Shown: positions 55,752 to 64,000 of the stretch, in pieces
Layout: the number at the start of each line of letters is the position of its first letter
How positions within the stretch are numbered: the stretch's first letter is position 1
Virus record (IMG/VR): IMGVR_UViG_3300042934_000619
Location: 38,443 to 102,442 of that record
Strand: one strand, 5' to 3'
From: a virus
Length of the DNA: 64,000 nt
Notes under the pieces: generated by a model
Databases searched by the model: none
The model's input: the letters and a program-made list of their open reading frames with translations, nothing else
Told to the model about the DNA's origin: nothing
Program-made: the position numbers and the translations under genes

Positions 55752-56207
55752 GTGATGGACAGTGACCCTGGCCCCGTGCGGAAGATTCCTCGATACCAGG
55801 AAATCGCCCGGCACTTCGAGCAGGCCATCGACACCCATGATCTGATGCCCGGACAGAAGCTCCCGCCGATTCCCCGCATCGCCGAGCAGTTCGGCGTGGC
55901 CACCGAAACAGCGGCCAAGGCGGTCCGGGATCTGCGGGACAAGGGGTACGTCCAGACCAGCACGCAGGGGACGATCGTCCTGGACCGGCTACGGGTCGGG
56001 GTGTTCGGGGCGGAGGTGCTGCCGCCCCGGCATATGACCGGCTGTCGGTCCACCATCCACTGCGCCAGCTTCGGTTTCTGCCACCGGTGCTCACCCGAGC
56101 TGGCCGAGGCGAGCAGTCACGTGATGCTGGCGCTTGCGACCGTGGGGCAGGAACGTAACGGCGGGCTGTACGAGCGGGTCATGAACCTCCTGAAGGCCGA
56201 CGGGTGA
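55752..56207 (+). CDS. GntR-family HTH protein with Cys/His-rich C-terminus
   Basis: PRYQEIA..PGQKLP.I..IAEQFGVA.ET..KAV.DL...GYV. Confidence 0.75.
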   Translation: MMDSDPGPVRKIPRYQEIARHFEQAIDTHDLMPGQKLPPIPRIAEQFGVATETAAKAVRDLRDKGYVQTSTQGTIVLDRLRVGVFGAEVLPPRHMTGCRSTIHCASFGFCHRCSPELAEASSHVMLALATVGQERNGGLYERVMNLLKADG

Positions 56208-56332
56208 TTTGCCCGTTATGTCGGAATTCTTTAGAGGTTCGTGGAGGGTGCAAAAATCTTGAGGGACCGCGCGCCCGGCCATGATCATTTTCGAGGTAAC
56301 TGTACGTAGCGGTAACATAGCTGTGAGTAGTC

Positions 56333-56502
56333 GCTCATATGAGCAGGGGTGCTGCTCGTATGAGCGCTCACATGAGCAGACATCCGCTCCTTTGAGCCAA
56401 TGCCGGTTCACGCTCAGTTGCGTCACCCTGCGCTCACATGAGCGGCATGCCGGTTCACGCTCAGTTGAGCACGGGCATGCACACCGGAGCGCTCAAACGA
56501 GC
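56333..56502. repeat. Array of GCTC-N4-GAGC palindromes
   Basis: Copies at 56333, 56354, 56366, 56386, 56432, 56459, 56491. Confidence 0.75.
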
Positions 56503-56574
56503 ACGACCATACTCATACGTCCGTTATACGCCCGTTACCTTCGCGTTACGGTTACGAGACCAACGACCCTATAT

Positions 56575-56717
56575 ACTGGGGTCACCCCAAGGGGGAGGTT
56601 CCCTCCCCCAGCGGGGGACTCCCGGAGGGAAGGGCCGAAAGGCCCGGACCGAAGGGGGGACAGGACCCCGGGGCTCTGATAGACTGGGGTCACCCCAAGG
56701 GGGAGGTTCCCTCCCCC
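56575..56717. repeat. Exact 35-bp direct repeat, two copies
   Basis: ACTGGGGTCACCCCAAGGGGGAGGTTCCCTCCCCC at 56575 and 56683. Confidence 0.85.
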
Positions 56718-57229
56718 GAAGGGTCTGGTTCCCTATGGAAGGAGAGTGGTTGGCCCCCCGCGTGCGGGAGTGCGCCGACGTATGCCGACCTGGCACAGCG
56801 CCAGGAGTCTCCTCGGCTTGTGCGGATTGGCTTCGGCCGGTCCATTGAGAACTGAACAGCGTGCAATATGCCCATACCGAGACACGTGTGTCTCGTATGC
56901 GTGAGTTCCCTATGACTTCCGCAATCACCGGCGGGACGAGGGACCCTGTAACCCCGTGCCCCATAGTGCGGGATAAGGGACCGACAGAACCCCCAAGGTG
57001 GGGTTGGGTGTCGAGAGAACCTGAGACCCCGGAGTGATCGGGTGAGGATACCCGTGTGTCCAAGAGGGCGCATGGTCAGGGTGCTATTTCAGACCACTCA
57101 TGCATGCGCGCGTCAATCCGGGTTCGCACATCACTTTGCTTACGTGCGATCGGCCCTCTAGCCCTGACGCCTCTAACGGTTACGACTGTGGTGGTGCGGG
57201 ATGACGTACTCGCCGGATAACCCCCTGTA

Positions 57230-57473
57230 GAACGGAGGCCCGGACGGCAGTCATTCGCTAGCTGTGGCCAATGGGCGAAAACGCCAACTTACCTCCCCGG
57301 AATACCTCGCAAGTTGAACGGGGGGAGGGGTCTTCTCTGCGTAGCGGAGAGGCCGGTGGGGGAGCGTAAGTCTGGGATGACTGCCTGCGGGTTGTAAACC
57401 AGTGACTCCCCCGTTCGTAAGGTGGCGAACGGTGTGTGACCTTTCCCGTAGGGAACGTGTGTCGCCTCCGTTC
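57230..57473 (+). ncRNA. Candidate large structured RNA or leader
   Basis: Nested long-range helices 57230-39/57464-73 and 57246-56/57375-85 plus several hairpins. Confidence 0.45.
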
Positions 57474-57507
57474 GCCCCTTGAAGGGTGACAATCGGAAGG
57501 ATGCGCT

Positions 57508-58551
57508 ATGCGCAAGTTGGCAACTAGTCCGGTTCCTCCGCTGCCTCGCTATGGGACAGCCAAGGGGACCAGTGCGCGCATTATGCCGCGTACGATCAAG
57601 AATGAGGTCCGTGCGCCCCGGTGGTTGGGTTACGCCACTGGCAAGGGACACGCGTTCCTCGTTCCGGCCGGACCGATCGACCGTGACACCGTCAAGGGCG
57701 TGTGCGGTCGCGTTATGGAAGCTGGACGGCTCATCCCGTCCAAGGGTGAGCGCTGCAAGACGTGCTCGTCTGCCATGGCGGAGGACACGCGTAAGCGTGG
57801 CACCGGCTTGACCGAACCGACTGTCGACATTGTTGACACCGGGTCGGCCAAGGGTGACCCGCGCGAGGCGGAGTTGCGCCGTAGGGCGGAGTTGGCTCCG
57901 TTGTCCGGCGACGCTGGTGAATCGAATGCGGAGATTGTTGCTTCTCTCCGTTCGGGCGACAAGAAAGCGGCGATTGCGGACGCCCGTAAGTTGGATGCGC
58001 GCTCTCGTGAGCTGCGGTCCAAGGGGCGTAAGGGTCCCGTTCCGGTAGCGGAGCGTGCCCCGATCGGCAATCGGGATCATGGCGCAATCGATGGCGTGGC
58101 CATGGTTCAGGGACCGAACATGAACGGGAATGAGGGTGCGCTCACCAATTGGACGCGTCCCGCGCTCCCGAAGGGTGGTCTGCCAGCGTGCCTCGATGGG
58201 GCACCGATGGCGGAGGACAACCCGGACGCTCCCCGTCGGACGTGGCGTAATCCCGCTACGGGTGAGATTGAGCCTGCATCTGCGCGGCTTGACGGCTCCC
58301 TGCGTGAGCGTGGTGACCGCGAGATCGTCGAACGGGTTGACCGTGATGGTTTCCGGCTGGAGACCGCTAAGCGGACTAAGGCGTCGAAGCGTCGGCACCG
58401 TGCGCGTAAAGTCGCGGAGCGAAAGCTTCGGGAGCGCATTGAGGGCCGTGGGGAGAAGTTCGTCCCCAAGGGGCGCATGGTCGACCCGGTGCAGGTGGAG
58501 TTGAAGCGTTTGCGTAAGGGCGGCGCCGATCTCCCCACCCATGGGTGGTAG
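57508..58551 (+). CDS. Basic hypothetical protein
   Basis: 347-aa ORF, H..C..CKTC in N-terminal part, Arg/Lys-rich C-terminus. Confidence 0.6.
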   Translation: MRKLATSPVPPLPRYGTAKGTSARIMPRTIKNEVRAPRWLGYATGKGHAFLVPAGPIDRDTVKGVCGRVMEAGRLIPSKGERCKTCSSAMAEDTRKRGTGLTEPTVDIVDTGSAKGDPREAELRRRAELAPLSGDAGESNAEIVASLRSGDKKAAIADARKLDARSRELRSKGRKGPVPVAERAPIGNRDHGAIDGVAMVQGPNMNGNEGALTNWTRPALPKGGLPACLDGAPMAEDNPDAPRRTWRNPATGEIEPASARLDGSLRERGDREIVERVDRDGFRLETAKRTKASKRRHRARKVAERKLRERIEGRGEKFVPKGRMVDPVQVELKRLRKGGADLPTHGW

Positions 58552-58937
58552 TTCCGGGCAGTGGTTGGACCGTAGGGGCACCGTTTCAGAACGGTGTCCC
58601 TACGGTGTTTCAGGCCGTCCGGTCTGACAGCAAGGGGAGAGATATGTTCAGGCGTTCGTGGATCAGGGTGACTGTCGACGGGGAAACGCGTCGCGTTGTT
58701 TTCGAGCGTTGCCCGCACTGCTCTCGTGGCACTCGGGTATGGGTGCCGGACGGGTTCAGGCGCCGTATGGCCGGGCACGTCCTCATGGGCCGGGGCAACG
58801 GTTCGGAGGCTGTGATCAACGCTGCGTGTCCGGGTGACGTGAGCGTACGGATGGCATACGGCATCGTGAGGCGTGGCCCGTACCGCACGGCCACGTTCAT
58901 GCGGTCGGTGCGGTCGGTCGTCGCGCTCATGGACTAG
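58545..58937 (+). CDS. Hypothetical protein (start possibly downstream)
   Basis: CPHC motif. Confidence 0.45.
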   Translation: MVVPGSGWTVGAPFQNGVPTVFQAVRSDSKGRDMFRRSWIRVTVDGETRRVVFERCPHCSRGTRVWVPDGFRRRMAGHVLMGRGNGSEAVINAACPGDVSVRMAYGIVRRGPYRTATFMRSVRSVVALMD

Positions 58938-59294
58938 GTCCTGCGTGGTCACGTTTGGGGGTGTCTGTCTCGTACAGGCACCCCCCCCCATGCATGACCA
59001 GGGAGGAATGCGTATGTGGGTTGCCATCGTGGTGATGGTCGGGGCTGGAGTCGCGCTCATGGTCGCGATTGCTGTCACGCCGAACGACAACTAGGAAGGG
59101 AATGGCGTGTTGGTTCTGAAGGACGACATTCCGCAGGTCGTGATGGTTGAGGCTCGTGGTTGGGTGTCGTTCGTTTCGGAGTATGTGCCGTAGGGGTGTT
59201 CTGGTGTCCGGGGTGCATGTTCCACGTGAAACATCGTGGGCGTGCATTCCCGGTCTCGGCGCATCGCTGAGTGGTGACGGTCGGAGGGTGAGAT

Positions 59295-59738
59295 ATGACG
59301 GTGGCGTTGGCGACGGCGGTCCCGTATCCGGTAGTTGGGTTGCCGGGTGTGGCGCTCATGTGGGGGCCTGTGTGCCTCGATCATTGGCGCGTGACGGACC
59401 GTCCGACGGACGTGACGCGTGCGAGTGCGGAGAGGTTCGCGCACGCGATGCAGTGCACGAACGTGGACCACGGGCACGTGGACGCGTCCGGGTGGCACAA
59501 GCGGGTCGCCGGTGTGGTCGGGTGTCTGCACTGTGAGGACGGCTCGTTCGCGTCAGGGCATTACGTGTGCACGCATGGTGCGCCGTGCGATGACTGCATG
59601 GATGCCGGTGTGTCGGCGGCGGAGAACATCGCGGCGGGGTACGGCGCGAACGGTGAGGACACCGACGACGAAATGTACTACGACGACAGCTCATCCAACT
59701 ACGCATCGTGCGGATGGGACGGGCCGATCGAGTACTGA
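59295..59738 (+). CDS. Cys/His-rich hypothetical protein
   Basis: GGAGG RBS. Confidence 0.55.
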   Translation: MTVALATAVPYPVVGLPGVALMWGPVCLDHWRVTDRPTDVTRASAERFAHAMQCTNVDHGHVDASGWHKRVAGVVGCLHCEDGSFASGHYVCTHGAPCDDCMDAGVSAAENIAAGYGANGEDTDDEMYYDDSSSNYASCGWDGPIEY

Positions 59739-59830
59739 CGCGCGCAACGTCCGGGGTGCATGTTTCACGTGGAACATGCACGCCCGGTCCTGGCGTGCGC
59801 TGGGAATGGTCAGCGAAGAGAGGGGCTGTT

Positions 59831-60091
59831 ATGGCGCGCAGCATCGACTACCCGACGGGTAACCCGAACGGGATGTCGTTCATCTGTAATCGGTGGGTGT
59901 TCACGGGGCCGGAGGGGTACCGGGTGCAGTTCGTCGATGGCGAGGGTGACGCGCGATGGGGCGTGTTCCGGTACGACGGCGCGTACACGCATCGGGCGTA
60001 CATCAAGCCGATGGCGGAGGACGACGCGCACGCGTTCGCGGCGCGGTTGTCGGGCCGTCCGGTCAACGTGGCGCAGGAGGTGACGGCATGA
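59831..60091 (+). CDS. Hypothetical protein
   Basis: GAGGGG RBS. Confidence 0.55.
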   Translation: MARSIDYPTGNPNGMSFICNRWVFTGPEGYRVQFVDGEGDARWGVFRYDGAYTHRAYIKPMAEDDAHAFAARLSGRPVNVAQEVTA

Positions 60092-60519
60092 TCATTGAGT
60101 ATGCGGGCCCGGCTGATCGTTCGGCCGGACCGGGGTGGATCCACAAGGCACGCGCCTGGTGGAACGTCCACACCGACGATCAGGGTGAGGTGAGGCGCGC
60201 GGTGCTCCGCGCCGTCAAGGCGGCGGTACCGGAGGACAGCACGGTCACGTTCGTGTCCTGGCACATGGACACGTCCACGCACCCGACGATCAACGCGTGG
60301 CCGAGTGTACGGGTGCTCGACGCGGAGAGTCAGCGGCTGCGCAAGGTGGTCGCCCGTGCATGCGACTTCTGTTCCAGTCCGAACCCGTGCAACTACCTGC
60401 GCATGCCGGACAAGAGCAACAAGGCGGCGTGCTTCACGTGTTTGCGTGGTGAGCAACTGGCCGCCGTGCGCTACGTGACCGTCGCATGGATCAAGGCAGA
60501 CGGCACGTTGCAGATCTGA
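60088..60519 (+). CDS. Hypothetical protein with Cys4
   Basis: GGAGG RBS; CDFC..CFTC. Confidence 0.55.
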   Translation: MIIEYAGPADRSAGPGWIHKARAWWNVHTDDQGEVRRAVLRAVKAAVPEDSTVTFVSWHMDTSTHPTINAWPSVRVLDAESQRLRKVVARACDFCSSPNPCNYLRMPDKSNKAACFTCLRGEQLAAVRYVTVAWIKADGTLQI

Positions 60520-60603
60520 CCGTGCGGGTTCGGGGCGCAGTGTTCCACGTGAAACATCGTGCGAGCGCTGCGCCCAGTGTCCACACGGAAGGTGACAATC
60601 GAC

Positions 60604-60819
60604 ATGACGGAATTGAAGATCGAGCGCGTGCGCAGCGTGCTGTGGGTGACGGTGATATGCCCCGTGAGCAAAAGCAAGGGCGCGTCGGCGTCGGCGGACA
60701 AGGCGGCCCGTAAGTGGGTGCAGGAGAACAAGGGGTATCGGCAGGCGTTCCGGCGGTCGTCCAGTCAGACGTCCGGTGCGAAGGGGTTCCACTACCGGGC
60801 GGCGTTCGCCTTGCACTGA
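60604..60819 (+). CDS. Small basic hypothetical protein
   Basis: RBS and ORF. Confidence 0.5.
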   Translation: MTELKIERVRSVLWVTVICPVSKSKGASASADKAARKWVQENKGYRQAFRRSSSQTSGAKGFHYRAAFALH

Positions 60820-60893
60820 CCTGGTCGTGCGGGTCGTGGGCTCAATGTTTCACGTGGAACATTGGGTCCCCTGTCCGCATGGATGAGAGGAGA

Positions 60894-61370
60894 ATGATCA
60901 TGTTCACGATCCACAAGCGTCCGCAAACGCGTATCGGCACCGATGGCGTGGTGCGCGAGGTACCGGGTGAGACGCGCACGATCACCACGTCGATGGGGCT
61001 GCTGAGGTTCGCGCTGCGGGAGCGGCTGTTCACCCACCGCACCGGCGGCCGTCCGTACCCGGCCCGGCCGGACAATGTGCACTTGGGGCGTGAGGGTGCA
61101 CCGACGTACGGGCTGTTCGACCCGCTCAAGCGGTGGGAAGTGACGTACGACCACGTTGAAGCGATGCGCCGTGCGCAGCGCGCGTACAACGAGCGCATGC
61201 ACTACCGGCGGGAGGTCGCGCCGATGTGGCGTCCGGACACGGAGTACGCGGGCAACGAGTCGGGTGTGGTGCACTACGCGGACAACTCGACCGTCCAGTA
61301 CGAGATCGACAAGGATGGTAACCGGCGTCACCGGACGATCATCGCGCCGGGTGGGGACGCCTGTTTCTAG
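60894..61370 (+). CDS. Hypothetical protein
   Basis: GAGGAG RBS. Confidence 0.55.
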   Translation: MIMFTIHKRPQTRIGTDGVVREVPGETRTITTSMGLLRFALRERLFTHRTGGRPYPARPDNVHLGREGAPTYGLFDPLKRWEVTYDHVEAMRRAQRAYNERMHYRREVAPMWRPDTEYAGNESGVVHYADNSTVQYEIDKDGNRRHRTIIAPGGDACF

Positions 61371-61383
61371 GGAGGGATAACCC

Positions 61384-61797
61384 GTGTTCGGGTACCGCAT
61401 GTGCACGGCGGAGGATGAGCAGTACGACCTACGACAGCTGTTCGCCTCCGCCATGGACCACCGCGCACCGGTGCGCGTGTCGTACTTCAAGCAACTGAAG
61501 CGGCCGGACCGGGCGATCGTTCCGGGTCAGTACGTGAAGGTGACGCGCGTGGTCGAACCGTTCGATTTCGACGTGGCGAAGATCGGCGCACGCATCGTGC
61601 GCGTGGTGGACCGCACCCCTGATGGGGTGTGGGGTCCCGCGTACCGGGCGATCCGGCTGGACCGGGTCGCGTTCAGCCGCAGCACGGGCAAGCCGTTGGC
61701 TGTCCGGCTGCTGTCGCAGGGGTTCATCTGTCCGACGCTGTTGGACGGTAAGCCGCTGCATTCGACAAAGCGTGTGCTTACCGCACGCGCGGCGTGA
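61384..61797 (+). CDS. Stand-alone WYL-domain-like protein
   Basis: VRVSY...TRVVEP...IVRVVDR...YRAIRLDRV. Confidence 0.6.
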   Translation: MFGYRMCTAEDEQYDLRQLFASAMDHRAPVRVSYFKQLKRPDRAIVPGQYVKVTRVVEPFDFDVAKIGARIVRVVDRTPDGVWGPAYRAIRLDRVAFSRSTGKPLAVRLLSQGFICPTLLDGKPLHSTKRVLTARAA

Positions 61798-61826
61798 CAA
61801 ACCGAAGGTGACAGGAGACAGCAGGA

Positions 61827-62246
61827 ATGATGAACCACAAGGCGCGCCGTGCGCGCACGGGTCTGGCGTTCGGCACGGTCACCGGCCTGTTCCTGGGGCT
61901 GGCAGCGCTGTTCAGCGCGTCCGCCACGGAGGGGGCCGCGTCCACCGTGTCGAAGGTGAGCATCTGCGAGACCGGGTTCCCGAGCGACCCGGACTACGCG
62001 GCCGAGTGCATGAGGGACGGCACGAGGGAGGACGCTGCCGTCCTGTGGTACTTCGGCTACTCCGACGCGCAGCGCACGGCCGACTGCCGTACGGGGCGAC
62101 GCACGGGCGACCTGATCGGTGTGGTGCGTGAGACGCGCGGCGACGTGATCACGGACAACTTCCGCAACGGTGAGCAGATGATCCGCTGGACGGCGCGCAT
62201 GGGTGTGGCCGACTGCGAATCGCTCGGTTTCGGCGACGTCCGCTGA
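61827..62246 (+). CDS. Secreted or membrane-anchored protein
   Basis: Basic N-terminus, hydrophobic helix, ASA cleavage-like site; 4 Cys. Confidence 0.6.
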   Translation: MMNHKARRARTGLAFGTVTGLFLGLAALFSASATEGAASTVSKVSICETGFPSDPDYAAECMRDGTREDAAVLWYFGYSDAQRTADCRTGRRTGDLIGVVRETRGDVITDNFRNGEQMIRWTARMGVADCESLGFGDVR

Positions 62247-62264
62247 CAACCAGGAAGGGGAACG

Positions 62265-62528
62265 ATGATGTCCCGACGCAAGAGCCTGCCCACCCTGCAC
62301 GGGCGGGACGACGGCGTGATCATGTTCCGATCACGCCTGCTCGTCGACGAGAAGGACGGTGCCGACCTGTGCACGGCACTCGACCGCATGGTGCGCAGTC
62401 ATCCGCGCATCGGTGACGCGGTGATCCGCATGGGCGGGTGCGGTGGTGCGAGCGCGTATGTCAACGCGCTCGATTCGCTGCGCACGTACGAGAGCACCGG
62501 CGTGGCGATCGTCCCGCTGCGTCCGTAG
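62265..62528 (+). CDS. Hypothetical protein
   Basis: RBS and ORF. Confidence 0.5.
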   Translation: MMSRRKSLPTLHGRDDGVIMFRSRLLVDEKDGADLCTALDRMVRSHPRIGDAVIRMGGCGGASAYVNALDSLRTYESTGVAIVPLRP

Positions 62529-62623
62529 TACCTGAGCGTCCCGCTTCGGGGCGTCTCCACGGTCACGTATGTTTCACGTGGAACCGTGGGGGCGTCCCCG
62601 TGGCACGGACGATAGGTGTATCT

Positions 62624-62821
62624 GTGATCAAGTCGAGTCGCATCCCCAAGGGGTGGGAGTTCGTGTCCATAGATCACGGATGGGAGGCGGCATGGTCAAC
62701 CGCGATGCGCTTCAAGCACGAGCGCGAGAGGCTGCGGCCCGACTTGTTCGTCCGCGTCAAGGTGGTCCCGTCGGGGAGCACCAACGTGTGGTGGATCTTG
62801 AAGAAGGAGGAGAGCAGATGA
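62624..62821 (+). CDS. Small hypothetical protein
   Basis: ATGA overlap with next gene. Confidence 0.45.
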   Translation: MIKSSRIPKGWEFVSIDHGWEAAWSTAMRFKHERERLRPDLFVRVKVVPSGSTNVWWILKKEESR

Positions 62822-63072
62822 GCGCCGAGGTGAGCCGCGTACTGTCCATCGACCCCGATGCGCAGCATCTGGAATTCCGCGCCAACGCTTGCCGGGAGTG
62901 CAACGAGTACAGTCCGCTGACCACGATCGACAACCCCTCCTGGAGTGTGTGGTTCGACGTGCACTCGCGCGAGACCGGGCACCAGAAGTTCTATCAGCTC
63001 AAGGTCGAGCGCAGCATGGGCGAGATCCACACCATGCCGAAGCCGAAGCGCCGGATGCTCGGCCAGCGCTGA
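62818..63072 (+). CDS. Hypothetical protein
   Basis: GGAGG RBS; CREC..H..TGH. Confidence 0.5.
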   Translation: MSAEVSRVLSIDPDAQHLEFRANACRECNEYSPLTTIDNPSWSVWFDVHSRETGHQKFYQLKVERSMGEIHTMPKPKRRMLGQR

Positions 63073-63119
63073 GAAACAAGCACGCGTGATTGTTTCACGT
63101 GAAACATGGAAGGCAGGAC

Positions 63120-63329
63120 ATGGGAGTCACCGAAGAACTGAAGGCGCAGCTCGACACGCTTGAGCTGGTGTACGCCGACCTGACCGACGGGCGTGCGCTG
63201 GTCGTGGCGCAGGAAGAGGGCCGGTACGTCTTCGCCGACGGCGCGACCGCCCGTAACCTGCCGGACGCCGTGGACCAGGGACGCGCACTCGTGCGGTTCG
63301 CGATCAACCAGATGCGCCAGTCGGCGTGA
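63120..63329 (+). CDS. Small hypothetical protein
   Basis: ORF between two parS sites. Confidence 0.5.
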   Translation: MGVTEELKAQLDTLELVYADLTDGRALVVAQEEGRYVFADGATARNLPDAVDQGRALVRFAINQMRQSA

Positions 63330-63370
63330 ATGTTCCACGTGAAACATCGACAGCCCAGGAAGGCGACAAC

Positions 63371-63871
63371 ATGACCGACACCCTCACCGTGGAGATCCCG
63401 CTCGAAGTGCGGGACAACTCCGAGACCGTGACCGACTACGCGTTCATGCGGCACCGCTCCCCGGGCCGGGGCGTGGTCACGGTGGTCGACCGAGACCGCT
63501 CGATCGACCTCTGTACCGCACTCCCCTCCCTCCAGTACACGCACCACCAGTGGCACGACACGAACCAGCGGAACGGCCAGCGTTGCCGCTTCGACATGAT
63601 CGTCAGCCACACCGGGCACGTGGTGTACCTGTTCCACACGGAACTGTGGACGCGTGTGGCCTGCCACATGGGCGACGACTGCTACTACTACGCCGCCTAC
63701 TACGTGCGCGAGGACGACCCGCGCGAGGAGATCGAGGACCAGCGTCCGTTCTGCGACGAGCACACCGCCGAGATCATCGGTGCGCCGCTCGTGCTCACGC
63801 AGGACAGCTACATTCGCGACGACGGCATCGCGGTCCGCCTGTCCGAGCGTCTGCTCGTCGGGCAGCACTGA
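63371..63871 (+). CDS. Hypothetical protein
   Basis: RBS GGAAGG; 166 aa. Confidence 0.55.
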   Translation: MTDTLTVEIPLEVRDNSETVTDYAFMRHRSPGRGVVTVVDRDRSIDLCTALPSLQYTHHQWHDTNQRNGQRCRFDMIVSHTGHVVYLFHTELWTRVACHMGDDCYYYAAYYVREDDPREEIEDQRPFCDEHTAEIIGAPLVLTQDSYIRDDGIAVRLSERLLVGQH

Positions 63872-64000
63872 CCCCGTCACCTCAAGCCGAGCACCCCGCC
63901 ACCTCTCCCCGGCGGGGTGTTCCCTTGACCTGACGGCGCAATGTTCCACGTGAAACATCGACGAAAGGACACCGCATGCCGGTGAAGGAATGGATCATCG

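Larger units (their letters stand above)
59218..63957. promoter_or_regulatory. Eight parS-consensus palindromes, all intergenic
   Basis: TGTT(T/C)CACGTG(A/G)AAC(A/C) at 59218, 59761, 60541, 60846, 62570, 63091, 63331, 63942. Confidence 0.85.

Noticed and set aside
56575-56717. Mini-CRISPR from the 35-bp direct repeat
   Set aside because: Only two copies with a 73-bp gap and no cas genes
59760-63958. Repeated MFHVEH/MFHVKH-starting ORFs as a peptide family
   Set aside because: They are translations of the parS palindrome

Overview
High-GC (~67% by eye) window from a tailed actinobacteriophage, most likely a Streptomyces siphovirus (inferred from the DUF397 gene, LAxTG motif, parS repeats and codon style). 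1-27.5 kb, + strand: accessory and replication genes (vWA, TerD, GT2 polysaccharide synthase, DGQHR/ParB-like, PolA, RuvC-like, SNF2 helicase, Cas4-like nuclease, AAA/SSB) and a Ro60/TROVE gene embedded in a cluster of RNA genes. 27.5-53.2 kb, - strand: complete virion, lysis and thyX operon. 53.5-56.2 kb: regulators, a methyltransferase and a PemK-like gene. 56.2-57.5 kb: non-coding repeat/structured region, possibly a genome end or origin. 57.5-64 kb: small early-type genes. Main discoveries: (1) a promoter-driven array of five Y-RNA-like genes directly upstream of Ro60, two of them containing circularly permuted tRNAs with intact anticodon loops (Asn GUU, Pro UGG); (2) two tRNA mimics with Ala-type G3.U70 acceptor stems and no canonical anticodon; (3) eight host-type parS sites, all intergenic, within 4.7 kb; (4) a second tail-tube paralog that apparently starts at ATC; (5) a candidate large structured RNA at ~57.2-57.5 kb. 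No integrase, primase or CRISPR array is seen in this window. All product calls come from motif recognition, not database searches.
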